64,000 bases of DNA. Source: Sporopachydermia quercuum (taxonomy: Eukaryota). The stretch spans positions 770,470-834,469 of the forward strand of contig BCGN01000007.1 of NCBI GenBank assembly GCA_001599295.1, written 5' to 3'. Both the position numbers and the translations under genes were made by a program. The stretch's first letter is position 1; each line of letters begins with the position of its first letter. The notes beneath the pieces are model-generated. The model was not told the origin of the DNA and ran no database searches. It was given only the letters and a program-made list of their open reading frames with translations. Below, one piece after another: positions 11,746-23,219 of this stretch.

Positions 11746-14700
11746 GTATCTGCAGTGGTTTTACTATAGGTAGAGCAATTTTCATAGTTTTTATTTTTAC
11801 AATTGCAACATTTAGCATGAAAATTTGCTGGTTCATGTCGCTTCATCTAGTTATGAACTCCTTATGATAAATCGAAAGCTCATAAAATATATCCACGCTA
11901 ATTACTGTTATTTCATCATCAGATGTGTTTGATGAATTTGATTAATATCCTTGCTAGTACTGTTAATATACTGTTAATATAAAAGCCCTCGTTTATATAA
12001 ACGCAACAGAACGTAGAGACTATTACTGCCAAGACAACTTTTTTTCATTTCTGACTAAGGGTAATAATGAAATCGGTTGAGCCAATCCATTAACTTAACT
12101 TGAAAGATAAGCTGAAAGAGCGTGCTTCACAAGAATTGTTCTAAGATTATGACTTACTTCATTTGAACGAATCATGACTAGTTGTATGAAATCCTCTAAC
12201 AATCATAGATGTCAAATTTGTAAATGAGGTCAATAATGTATTCTTGGTGTTGAACAAAAAACGTTCTCTTTAATATCTGTCTGATCAAAAGATTGGGATT
12301 ATTTGCTAATGCGTTAAAGTAATTTCTTTAAATACTGATTGTGAAGGAAAGAGAATAAGTTTCCGTGAGCTAGGGAATTCACCATAGGAAAATGCATTTC
12401 TAGTTTACTCTTCAGTGCACGTAGTACGCGATTACGAACATCAATATAGACTGTCTCATACTTAGTTATGTCTTAACGATATACAAATCGTCGTAGAAAT
12501 TTGATTTTTTGTTCAATCTAAACAGTCATAGATCTGCTAAAAGATGAAAGAATGAGGCGGATTAACTACAATCCAACATAATTTGTATGAAGTTAGTTGA
12601 AATGCAGTGGCCTAATCTCATTTTTGTCAGTCAACAGATTAAATTCTGCATAGTTGATCAAATGCAACAGCATTCGAAGCATATACTTCTTAAAATGACT
12701 AACGAACTTCGGAAAATCATTTGAGTTTTTCACTTGCCTCTTTCAGTTAAACCTTAATTTAGGTTGAGCGAAGCTCAAGTTTATATGGAAGTATAGAAGG
12801 AGTTTCAATAAAGAAAACCAAATTCGATTAGCATCAAACTAAAAATATTTAAAGATAGTTTGCACTTAGTCAATGTAACAGAAAGAAATAAATGTTCAAA
12901 AAAACAACTTATCTTCATTCGAGTATCTACAGTTTGATGAGAGGCAACCTAACTTGACAGACTTATTTAACTTACCAAAAGCCTAAGTAAGGTTTCACTA
13001 GAGATTGAATTTTCACATGGAACTGGCTATAGTAATTNAGAGATGAGCATATCTCTATTTTCAATAATAAAGGACAACCTAGCAATTTGTGAGTATAAGA
13101 AAAGTAAACAGTTACATAGAACTTGCACTGTATTTGGCTTGCAATGATGCTGATTACTGCAGTTTCTGTATTTTTTCTACTCCCATTCGGAGAAGAAATC
13201 CCCATTTTCGGGCAGCTTCAGTAACTGTGTATTTTGGGTCTTGTTACAGTTTCTTATACTTGTTTATTTTTATCAGGAAAAAGATCGATTTCTTTTTTGA
13301 GAAAGCTTTATTCATATCTATTGATGATCTACTACCTCCAACTTCTGCTTTAGTGAAATTGTTATACTAAGAGCACCACTCTTTCTGGAGACTCTTTCTG
13401 CGGCTACTCATCCAAACAAGATTCTCCTGCCTACTAAACACAATCATCAATTTTTCTTTCTATGCTTTGCTCATAAGTGTCTCATTCAGAAAGAGCATAC
13501 GAGATTTTAATCGCGAAAGCTGATAACAAATTTTAATCTATAGCATCAATTTAAGTTCACTCACCCATATCAGACGACTGTCATATCTACATCAATTCGT
13601 TCACAACTCCTTATATGAATGAAGTAGCATTCGTAAAATATCAGACGAGAGAAGAGAAAAAGATAGAAAGCTATTAGTTTAATAGTACAGCTCATTGAGG
13701 ATAAATGTAATTTTTTATCCTTAAAGATCACTCCTTGCACTACCGGGCAAAGTTAGTATTAAGCAAAGTATAGAACCAATTTTGATTATTAATGGGTTAT
13801 CACTCATTAATAGTATCACCTGAATGTTTATATAATTCTAGGGTTTGAAGATCTTAGATTTTATTAGCTAGATATAAAATAGAACGATCTAGTATTTTAC
13901 CTTTTATGTGTATCAAGAAATCACGTTCATAACACGAAAGATAATAGAAAGTACAGATCGGCCTCTCAACTGGACACATACGTTCCTACTTATTCTCAGG
14001 GAACAATACCACCCAGAATCGGTAGAATCTACGGTGAAGTCGTACTTGACTGTCCTATAATATTAAAAAAATAGTATTTCTAACAAAAATATTGCTTCTC
14101 GTTTACCTTCCATGCCAGTCCCTCTTTTTCCAAATCTGAAATGAGAAAAAGAAGAAGCTTGTTACATGCACCGATAAGGCTAATTCACTATCTCAAAATT
14201 AATAGCTATCTGCCTAATTGATAACACTATATTATATTATTTTTAAAGTTTGATAGCAATCTTAAGTCTAGTTCAAATAAGTAAAAACTCATGGATTAAT
14301 GAAGGAAGGTAAATACTTATCATTGGCCTTCATGGTCTGTTTTGAGAGATAGAGCAACAGAGGTCATTGGATCTTATGATCTATTGAAATTGATAGGGCT
14401 CAAGACTCAGCAGCAAGCGATAAAATCTCTATCAATGGGTTTCTGGAGCAGATTTAAATTAAAATTGTTTGTTAGAATATAAGTTACTTAACTGATATTG
14501 AGCGAATGCCTTTGCATATGGAGAATATTGAAACTCTTTACAAAACCACAGTGGTCACTACAGGATAATGTTTTTACCTCACAATTAGCTGGTAGTAGTC
14601 ACAAGTTATAAGTTAAGTGTATTTTCCCGTACTTATTGAGTTTTGTTAATTTTGTAGTAAAGCAACCTATAATTTTCAAGCGTAGCATCATTGATTGCAT

Positions 14701-15124
14701 GCTTGTTCAGTTGAAGATAGCCTATGAAACGTTTTTCCACAGTCGAAGAAAGAATGTTTTCACTCGAATGTTCTATTTAGTTTTCATAGAACTAAGTAAA
14801 AAGTTAACATTTCAAAGGAAACCAACTGAATATTTGATTTTCAGTTTTATCATAAGTAAAATCCCGGCTTTTCTTAGACTGATTGACCAGTTTACGTTTG
14901 GTAGAGCCCCTTCATATCAAGGGAAAGAATAATTTTTGAAAGTATTTGTATCTCATTGGCTCCAAAATNAAAGATAATACCTGATATCCCACTTGTTCCA
15001 AAAATAAGTTCTAAGACTAGCGACTTATGATCACTACGCTACATTGTCAAAATATTAAAAGATCTAATTAAACTTAGAATAATAGAAACAAAGACTCAAA
15101 ATGAAACAAAAATAATGAAATTAC

Positions 15125-16768
15125 TTAATTTGGCTCGTTATTGATCTCTGACAAAAAAGCGTAGTATCTTGGAGCACACTTTGCTCTCCATGATTTACCC
15201 CAAATGATCATTGGAATGGCCATTCCTACGCTAGCTAAAACTAGCATTCCAAAGCAGAAAATAGCCCAGCCATATCCTGAAGTGTTAATGAAAGGTTGAA
15301 CTGAATAACTGATTGCAAAGTTGATCATGGACGAGCACATTGCCAATACAACAACTAATTCACCAGAGATACCTCTGAAAGAGTCCATAGCATAACTTGT
15401 GGCAATACCACAAGCTGAAACTTGATGAGCAATCATGAAACATAATCCGACGGCAACAACTGGCCAGGAAGCACCTGCTTGAGCTCCCCATCCATACATC
15501 ATATAGCCTAATGCTGCGTAAATAAATGAGAAGGCCAGTGTATATAGTCTCATCTCTGGCTCTTTAATACCATTATTTCTCTTAGCAAGAAAGATAACAA
15601 CATAATCGGAAACAAAACCTGTAAGCCAACCAATAATATTACCAATAAAGGCTCCAAAACAAATCAAACCGGTAGTAGTAGTTGAAAANTTGTATGGATT
15701 GTCCGTGAGAATTTCAGAAATCGTGTTAAAGGAAACAATTCCTGCAGTGCAACCGAAAGCAAAAATGAATCCAGAGATAACAACATTGGGGAAAGTCCAT
15801 AAGAAGAAAGGTCTTCTGAAATACCGCCAGTAGGTTGTTCGGTCTTCAGGGAAATAAACCCAGAGTTTTAACATTTCTCTATAAGATCTCTTAGGGAATA
15901 ATGAACCATTTGATACCTTTTCACTTACATCAACAGCAGCTTTTGACTTCTCTTTATTGTTCAGGCTACTGTCGCTAGTACTATCGATAGTAAGAACTAT
16001 ATTTGAAGAAGTGTTGTCCAATAATTCTCCAGTTTGAGCATTGAATAAAAATCTAGGGAATAAAGTTTCCTCGAAAGTAAAAAAAAGCAAGAAAAGGACG
16101 ACCCCGTCGATAATAGCTACAATGTATTGGGACCATCTCCATCCGACAGCATCTGCAATTTTTCCACCGGAAATCAAACCAATAACGGAACCAAGTTGCT
16201 GACCAAATAAGTATACGGAGATCATTCTACCTCTTTCGTGAACAAAAAACATATCAAAAACAGCTAATTGAATTACTGCTTGGTAAGCACTTGTTCCGAA
16301 ACCGTTCAATACCATAGCTAAAAACCATTGAGCAACACCAGTGAATCTACCTAACCAGATGCCGGCACCTAAGCAGAGCAATGTTGTAGCAATGAAGACA
16401 GGACGCCTACCGATTTTCATGGCTGCTGGAATCCAAAATATATTAACAAATCCTAATAACAAATAATTCAAAGCAGATCCACCATTCATTTTGTCAATTG
16501 ACACTCCTGTTTCTTCAGAAACAGTTGTCCAAGCAGCACCAAGAGTATTCTCACCAAATGAAAATGCGCAGGCATATAAAGCCACTAAAAATAGCTGATA
16601 GTATTTCTTCCATTTTGGCCATGTGAGTGTATCACTTCCACAAGTAGTTGGCGCTGGAATGAGGATAATTTCTGAATTGTCATTTGCATGTTTAGCCAGT
16701 GAACTGTGGTTTAAATCAACCAAATATTCAGAACCAGGAACGCCATCAACGTATTCTACCTTGTTCAT
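15125..16768 (-). CDS. MFS transporter, Hol1-like (DHA1-related) family
   Basis: 547 aa with ~12 hydrophobic segments. Motifs ILIPAPT..D.LTWPKWKK, KIGRRPVF, DMFFVHERG, GWRW, FEETLF and RNNGIKEPEMRL are typical of fungal Hol1-like MFS. Confidence 0.85.
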   Translation of the reverse strand: MNKVEYVDGVPGSEYLVDLNHSSLAKHANDNSEIILIPAPTTCGSDTLTWPKWKKYYQLFLVALYACAFSFGENTLGAAWTTVSEETGVSIDKMNGGSALNYLLLGFVNIFWIPAAMKIGRRPVFIATTLLCLGAGIWLGRFTGVAQWFLAMVLNGFGTSAYQAVIQLAVFDMFFVHERGRMISVYLFGQQLGSVIGLISGGKIADAVGWRWSQYIVAIIDGVVLFLLFFTFEETLFPRFLFNAQTGELLDNTSSNIVLTIDSTSDSSLNNKEKSKAAVDVSEKVSNGSLFPKRSYREMLKLWVYFPEDRTTYWRYFRRPFFLWTFPNVVISGFIFAFGCTAGIVSFNTISEILTDNPYXFSTTTTGLICFGAFIGNIIGWLTGFVSDYVVIFLAKRNNGIKEPEMRLYTLAFSFIYAALGYMMYGWGAQAGASWPVVAVGLCFMIAHQVSACGIATSYAMDSFRGISGELVVVLAMCSSMINFAISYSVQPFINTSGYGWAIFCFGMLVLASVGMAIPMIIWGKSWRAKCAPRYYAFLSEINNEPN

Positions 16769-17533
16769 CTTGTATTAATAGTTGAACTAGTAGCAATAAG
16801 TTCTAAAATGAAACTTCAGAGTCTAGTAATGTAGTTGACTGTAAGTTATAATATTGATAGAGTGCTCTATGCATAATAGCTAGCTACTGTCCAGTCTATA
16901 CTCAAAACTTAGTGAAGAGTATGAATGAAGAGTAACAACTGCGAAGTTAAAAAAAAATTATGTTGGAGAAATCCTTTCGTTTATAAATGTCATCAATGTC
17001 AGTGATGGTACTTCAATTTGTTCATCAGGCACAATAAAGCCCTAATGGTGAACTAACAAAAACACTAATGGCGCATTAAGTACTAGCTAATCTTCGATCA
17101 AACTTATTCTCCGTAGATTAGATTGGAATTAGATTTAGAGATATTTCAGGCCTTTCAATAGTGACCATAATAGGGAACAACATTAAATGTCACTATTTCC
17201 GATCAAAGGTATAAAGCTACATACTGTTGAAGAGTTTCTAAGAAAGGACCATTGAGCTTATCTATCAAACGAATTATGTGAATACTAGCATATTGATCGT
17301 CGATAACGCATCTAGTTCATGAACTGTTGTGAACTTAGAAAATTCAAATACAAATCGCTATCTTATCAATATGTTTTGACTACAATAAGAATTAACTTCT
17401 TTAAGTTTCACATAAGTCATCGCTTCATGAAGAAATCTACAGTGATCCAGGGGAATCATAAATCAGTGGAAGGTCGACCCGTAAAAAAGTTTGGGCAACG
17501 AAACACACTGTATGGAAAATCGCATAAGTAGGT

Positions 17534-18288
17534 TCAGCCGATTAGTAAATCTTGTTAAATTGGTAGAACAATTACTCTTCAAAATACCGAAGATGGTTAT
17601 CAAAGGTCGTTAAGGTTAAAGTTCACATTAAGGTTTTGATTTTCAACCGATTTGTCCAGAAAAATAAACTTTTCGGGTTTTATCTCTTAACCCTCTGTTT
17701 TAGTGCCTCTAATCAAGCATCTTAGAGTATGAGTGGGTTAGTAAAGGTCTGTTTCTCGGTATCAACCGATTAGTTAAATTGGTAACGGGTTTGAGCAATT
17801 ATAACCAAACGATTATTCCGTGCGCACATTTTAATTCAACAAAACTGGAGAAGGTGCTTCCTTGATTTTTGGGGACAGGATTAGCTGTTTATCATTAAAA
17901 CGGTCTATCAAGTAAGGTTAGAGCGCGGTTTACTCGGATAGGAAATTTGAGACTTAAGTTTTAACTAAGACTATTTAGCCAAAGACAAGCCTCAATAAGA
18001 AATAAACCATATCGGGAGAACACAAGTTATTACTCCATTCTCTACCTTGAGCGAAACGGATTTGAGTGATGGAAGGTGAATCCTTTTCAGTGGATAGATT
18101 GTTATTAAATAAAGCTCATTTCTTCTTATTATTCAAAGAGAGAAAGTAATATCACCATACTATGAGATCATGGCTTGATCTACCACACGATCAAGATTGG
18201 AAAAGGAGTATTCTCCAATTGGNTTTGCATTCTAGACGCATTTGTTTATTAAGTCGTTTTACTAATTCATTGTCAATCGGCTGACTCA
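17534..18288. promoter_or_regulatory. Repeated TCARCCGATT elements and a Gcn4-type TGACTCA site in the MFS/FAOD divergent promoter
   Basis: tcagccgatt 17534, tcaaccgatt 17643 and 17762, reverse complement aatcggctga 18275; TGACTCA at 18282-18288. Confidence 0.5.
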
Positions 18289-18588
18289 TCAGTAACTATA
18301 GCATATTTTTACCCTGTTTCCTCGTTAGCAGTTAATTGCGTTCTGTTCCCAGAGAATATAAANACATTGGATCATGTTATTATTAAACCTGTCTAGTTAC
18401 CGTTTGAATTGTTCAACTACAGTACATGTGCATTAGAAAAATATAAATACCGAGAACACAGACTTATCAACTACTCTATTGATATTTAAACGTATATATC
18501 ACTCAACCAATCAAAAATATGATAATAGAGTCAAAGGACCAATTCGATAACAACAACCCTACACTATTTCTTGCAAGAGGATTTACCT

Positions 18589-19893
18589 ATGTCAACTGAT
18601 AAAAACAGTAGCATTTTGATCATTGGTGCAGGCACCTTTGGTTTATCATCTGCTTTGCATTTAGCAAGAGATGGTTATACTAACATTACCTGCTTTGACA
18701 AATATCCAGTGCCTTCTCCAATCTCTGCTGGTAACGACAGCAACAAGATGGTAGATTATGAATACTATTCACCTGGCGAGAAAATTCCTGCAACTGATAG
18801 AATAAGAATGGAGGCCAAGGATCTATGGGGATCTGATCCTGTTTTCAAACCGTACTACCATCCAGTTGGATTCATTTTTGCTGCTTGTTCTGACGAAGTG
18901 TTGAATAGTAGAGAGAGGGCAAGGAATATTGTTTCGGCTAAGGGAACCAAATATGAATATTTGAATACTCAAGAAGGGTTCAAGAAGCATCTACCTGTGT
19001 TAAGCGGACCTTTATCTGGCTGGAAGGGATATTTGATGAATGATGATGATGGATGGTTGCATGCTAGAGACTCTCTGATATCTGCGTATAAAGAGTGTTT
19101 AAAGTTTGGTGTTAAATTTGTTTTCGGAGAAAATGAAGGAGAAATTGAAAAATTAGAAAAGGCCGGCAGCAAAGTTGTTGGAATAGTTTCAAAGTCTGGT
19201 ATTTTATACAAAGGAGACAAAGTAGTAGTATGCGCAGGAGCTAATGCTGTCAAAATCTTGGATTTCAAGCTTCAGCTACAAGCCAAGGCTTTCACTGTCG
19301 CCCATGTTCAATTGACAAAGGAAGAAGCGGAAACATTCAAAGATCAGCCTGTTTTATTCAACGTTGAAAGAGGTTTCTTCTTTGAACCCGATGAGAATAT
19401 TGAATTGAAGATCTGTAACGAGTTTCCTGGTTATACTAATCTTGACGAAAATGGAGATTCCATCCCATTGTTTACCGATGAGATCCCATTAGAGGCAGCG
19501 AATGCTATCAGAGATTTACTGAGAGAGACAGTTCCCGAATACGCCGATAGACCTTTTGTTAAGACAAGAAGCTGCTGGTGCACTGATTCACCTGATCGTG
19601 AGCTCATTTTATGCGAGCATCCTGAATATACAAATTTGGTGCTGGCCTCGGGTGACTCGGGTATGGGTTTCATGTTGATGCCAGTTATTGGAAAGTATGT
19701 CACCAAGCTTGTTAAAGGAGGCGAAGCGGAATTCACCGAAGAAGAAAGAAATGTCTGGAAATGGAGGCCAGAAACTTCCTCTAGCAGAGATAACGTTCAA
19801 AAGAGATTTGGAGGTAAAGGAGTTGTTACTGATATTAGAAGCATCAAAGAATGGGTGTCTGCTTCAAACCCTGAACCCCATTCTATCTTCTAA
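18589..19893 (+). CDS. Fructosyl-amino-acid oxidase (amadoriase, FAOD/FAOX; MSOX family flavoprotein)
   Basis: ATG 18589. GAGTFGLS dinucleotide fold, PVPSPISAGNDSNK, GWLHARD, GFFFEP, KICNEFPG, CWCTDSPD (flavinylation Cys motif), WKWRPET and RFGG. Closely resembles yeast fructosyl-amine oxidases as recalled. Confidence 0.88.
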   Translation: MSTDKNSSILIIGAGTFGLSSALHLARDGYTNITCFDKYPVPSPISAGNDSNKMVDYEYYSPGEKIPATDRIRMEAKDLWGSDPVFKPYYHPVGFIFAACSDEVLNSRERARNIVSAKGTKYEYLNTQEGFKKHLPVLSGPLSGWKGYLMNDDDGWLHARDSLISAYKECLKFGVKFVFGENEGEIEKLEKAGSKVVGIVSKSGILYKGDKVVVCAGANAVKILDFKLQLQAKAFTVAHVQLTKEEAETFKDQPVLFNVERGFFFEPDENIELKICNEFPGYTNLDENGDSIPLFTDEIPLEAANAIRDLLRETVPEYADRPFVKTRSCWCTDSPDRELILCEHPEYTNLVLASGDSGMGFMLMPVIGKYVTKLVKGGEAEFTEEERNVWKWRPETSSSRDNVQKRFGGKGVVTDIRSIKEWVSASNPEPHSIF

Positions 19894-20953
19894 TGCCGAA
19901 TAAAAAGAAGGAAACAAACAGTACAAGAAGATCATCCATTGTTTAAATGCAATAAAAAGAAGGGAATCTTGTCCGACTAATCATTTTTACATTCCTGTAA
20001 TAGTTATAGATGTAATGATTTTCAACCAATCATAAGCCATAAACTTCTGTAGGACGGTAACTCGTGCTTTAGATTTCTGAATCTTTTCAGAGCTTTAGAC
20101 ATCTCAAGCTCGGTAATTCATCAAATCCTACTGAAATACAACTTAAGCCTACCGGAATGTAGAAATCCCATTGCCATTATTGCTGTCATTTACAGTAAGT
20201 CATTGGAAATAGAAAGACCGAAATCTGGCCTTTCCGCTGAAGCACCTAAGATTTTATTCTGATTATTCTATCATCACGTGCTATGGTTACATGTAACATA
20301 TAAGGTTTGAGTATTTTTTGTGGTTTTTTCGCTTACAATTTTTACCTGCCTAATTGGGAAATGACTGGTGAAATATTTCTGAAGTATCTACCATACTTGT
20401 TCGTTCAAATCCTTAATAGAGACTAAAGCACTGAATCCTTATTGTAGATAGTCTTCTACAAAAAATCATTATTCTTTGACTATCTAGGGTTTCATTGACA
20501 ATAGCCTTCCACTTGACAAAGGAATTTATGGATGTTCACTATGTTTCATATATCGCTAAAATTACTACAGTATTCTAATCTCCAGTATTACGTATTGAAG
20601 ACCAAAGAACAAATATCAGTGAGCCTATTTCTTAAGATATGATTTGGTTTATTCTTATACGATGCTTACATCTTAAAAATTTCAGCAAATTATTCGCTAT
20701 GATCTCTCTTGCATGGGCTACCCATTCTCATTTTTGCAGTTTTTGCTTTGCAATTTCCAACCCTTTCTCAACAATTTGCTTCCCCAATAGAGCAACCGAT
20801 TTCATTAATGTTAAATTTGACTCTTCAGGAATGTCCAATCAAATACACATGCTCAATGAAAAAACAAAATAGCAACAACCTTCAGACGCAATATAAAATG
20901 ATGGAATACCCTTTTTCTTCCCCGATGAACATTAACCCTGTCAAACACAAGTT

Positions 20954-23219
20954 TTAATTGCTGCCCCAATCAGCCAACAGACGATCTTGAATATGTCTTG
21001 TTTCCCATCCACAACTCTCTTTTACTCTTTTCAGAAGCCTTATAATCGTGCTCTGCTTCACCTTACTGTCAACCAACTGACCAGCTACTACTGTTAGTAA
21101 AATAATCTAAGTACAAATAATCTTCTATCAACCGTCATATCATTTCCTATTACTCTAAAAATACTTACCAGCATGAAGAAAATGAATGGAAAGAAGAGCA
21201 GGAGATTCCTCTTCACAACATAAGCTTATTCCTATTATTTTATCACATTCACTAGATAGTGATTGTTTCAACTGTTTACAGTATTGTAAAACATTCAATC
21301 CTCTTGGAACTGGCTTTTTCATCATTATCATTATCTTACAGGTATAGAAACATTGCATTGCTACTCCAGCTTCTGCAGGATGATAATAATAATGCACCAG
21401 CCCATGCTCATCTTCACCAGCCCATAAGGGTTCAAACTTTTGACTAACTTTTGACCTCCAAGCTTCAAGGTAATTCAACAACTCATCAGCTCGTGAATTC
21501 ATTTCTTCGTATTCATTATTATGCTCTTGAGAACAGTAATTAGTAACAAGTCCCCATATATATATGATATAGTTAGCGGCATCTCCTACACTCCATGGTG
21601 GCTCATTCATCCAATTAGAAACATCTACTTTCCATAAACTAGGATCAAATGCTAATGTATTACCTAATAACATAGATTTAGCAACTTCTTGTCTAGCAAA
21701 ACTCCAGAAAGCAGTTCTCATTGCTCCTTGTGCTTCATTGCTTATTCCTAACGTTATTGCTTGAGACATGGCACCTTTCAAGTGGCATTGCCATTCGAAA
21801 TCTGCTGGCTCAAGCATTTCGTATGCTGATAATACAACGGTAGCTATAAATGCTCGGTGCGATGATAACAGATCTGTTTTCGCTAAGGAAGTTCTAACTT
21901 GTTTTAATGTATCATTATAATACTTGATAGCAATGTTATAATCAGAATTAGATATCAACGATAACTGTTTTGCAGATATCGCCAAAAGAGATTTCAAGAT
22001 AGTTTGGTCAAAAAAAGCCATTCGAGTCACTTCTTTAGTATAATGTTTATGATCATCAAAGAGATCAAACCAAGGTCCAATACGCTCTTCAAAGTTCTGA
22101 ATTAGAAGGAGTTCATCGTATGATATTGGAATATTTAACCCATTGGACAATGAAAATTTCTGTCGTATAAGAGGTAACTTGATATTGTTATTAGGTCTTT
22201 CCAATAGATTTGATATAGCTAATCTGGACAAAGGTGAAGGATGATCTAGCTCTTGCAAAGCGGGTATTTCGAAAGGTATATCAAGATCAGGATGAGATAT
22301 TGGAATATCGTGGTTCTCATCAGGAGATGTATTCGTCAAGGATACAGCATGATCTGATGACCAATGAGTCTGTATAGATGTGCTTGATGTACTGTTGGTG
22401 GGACTGGGTGTAGATGAACCATTGGTATTAGCATTGTTATTGCTGGTAGTACTATTAGCAGTATTGGATGAGGAAAGCTCAGCTGGGCTAACTAATGGAC
22501 TGTTCAGTTCACTCGGTAATAATGTGCTATCACGATTAAGCTGATTTTCATGCCGTGATAGTCTTGTTAATTCATTTGTTATACCATCAGCGTCAATTAC
22601 CTCAAGCTCTACTATACTTGAAGGTGGTCTAGGAATGACACTGGCGGTAAGAACACCCGTAGTAGTGACAGAAGCAGTAGAAGATTTGGAAATAGGCTTA
22701 TGATCTTCCTTTAGCTTTATATTATGAACTTCATCATTCTTATTAATATTGCTTTCTCCCCTGATGCTCGCATTAGAATCTCTGACTTTATCTTTATCGC
22801 CCTCTTTGGGCTTTTCCTTATCATTATCATTTTCTTTATTCTTATCCCTGTTCTTATTCCTACTATTCTCTTTCTCTTTACCAATGCTATGAGACATGTG
22901 CCTGAAAAAGAAATCACTAGGGCGATATTGACATCTCCTGTTTGATTTAGAGCAATTTCCACATTTTGGCTTCAATTCATCACATTTCACATGACGCTGT
23001 TTACAGGTTATGCTAGCGAAATGTTAATAATGGTCATAGAAGTATATACACATCCTAGGGATCGTAGTCTTCTTACTCAGTCAAAATAGGTACTTACCAT
23101 CCTGTTCTCACACGCGTTGTACTTAATCTCTTCATCACTGGGACTCTAGTGCTTGTAGTATTGATACTACTCAAGGCGGAAATGCTATTAGTAGCGTTTC
23201 CATTATGTATACTAGTCAT
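20954..23219 (-). CDS. Zn(II)2Cys6 transcription factor (3 exons)
   Basis: Exons 23219-23098, 23012-21169 and 21084-20954. Introns are GTAAGT...ATTAAC..TAG (23097-23013) and GTAAGT...TACTAAC..TAG (21168-21085). The spliced protein gives [33 protein letters not shown], a fungal-specific TF domain (WFDLFD, AFWSFARQEV) and C-terminal HAAGQLV...GWET...LADWGSN*. Confidence 0.9.

Noticed and set aside
11658..11846. Poly-Asn ORF
   Set aside because: It is simply the translated (ATT)n microsatellite with no other coding features.
21155..22990. Zn-cluster TFs apparently missing their first two Cys (also 41723-43549)
   Set aside because: Short upstream exons supply the CxxC in both genes.
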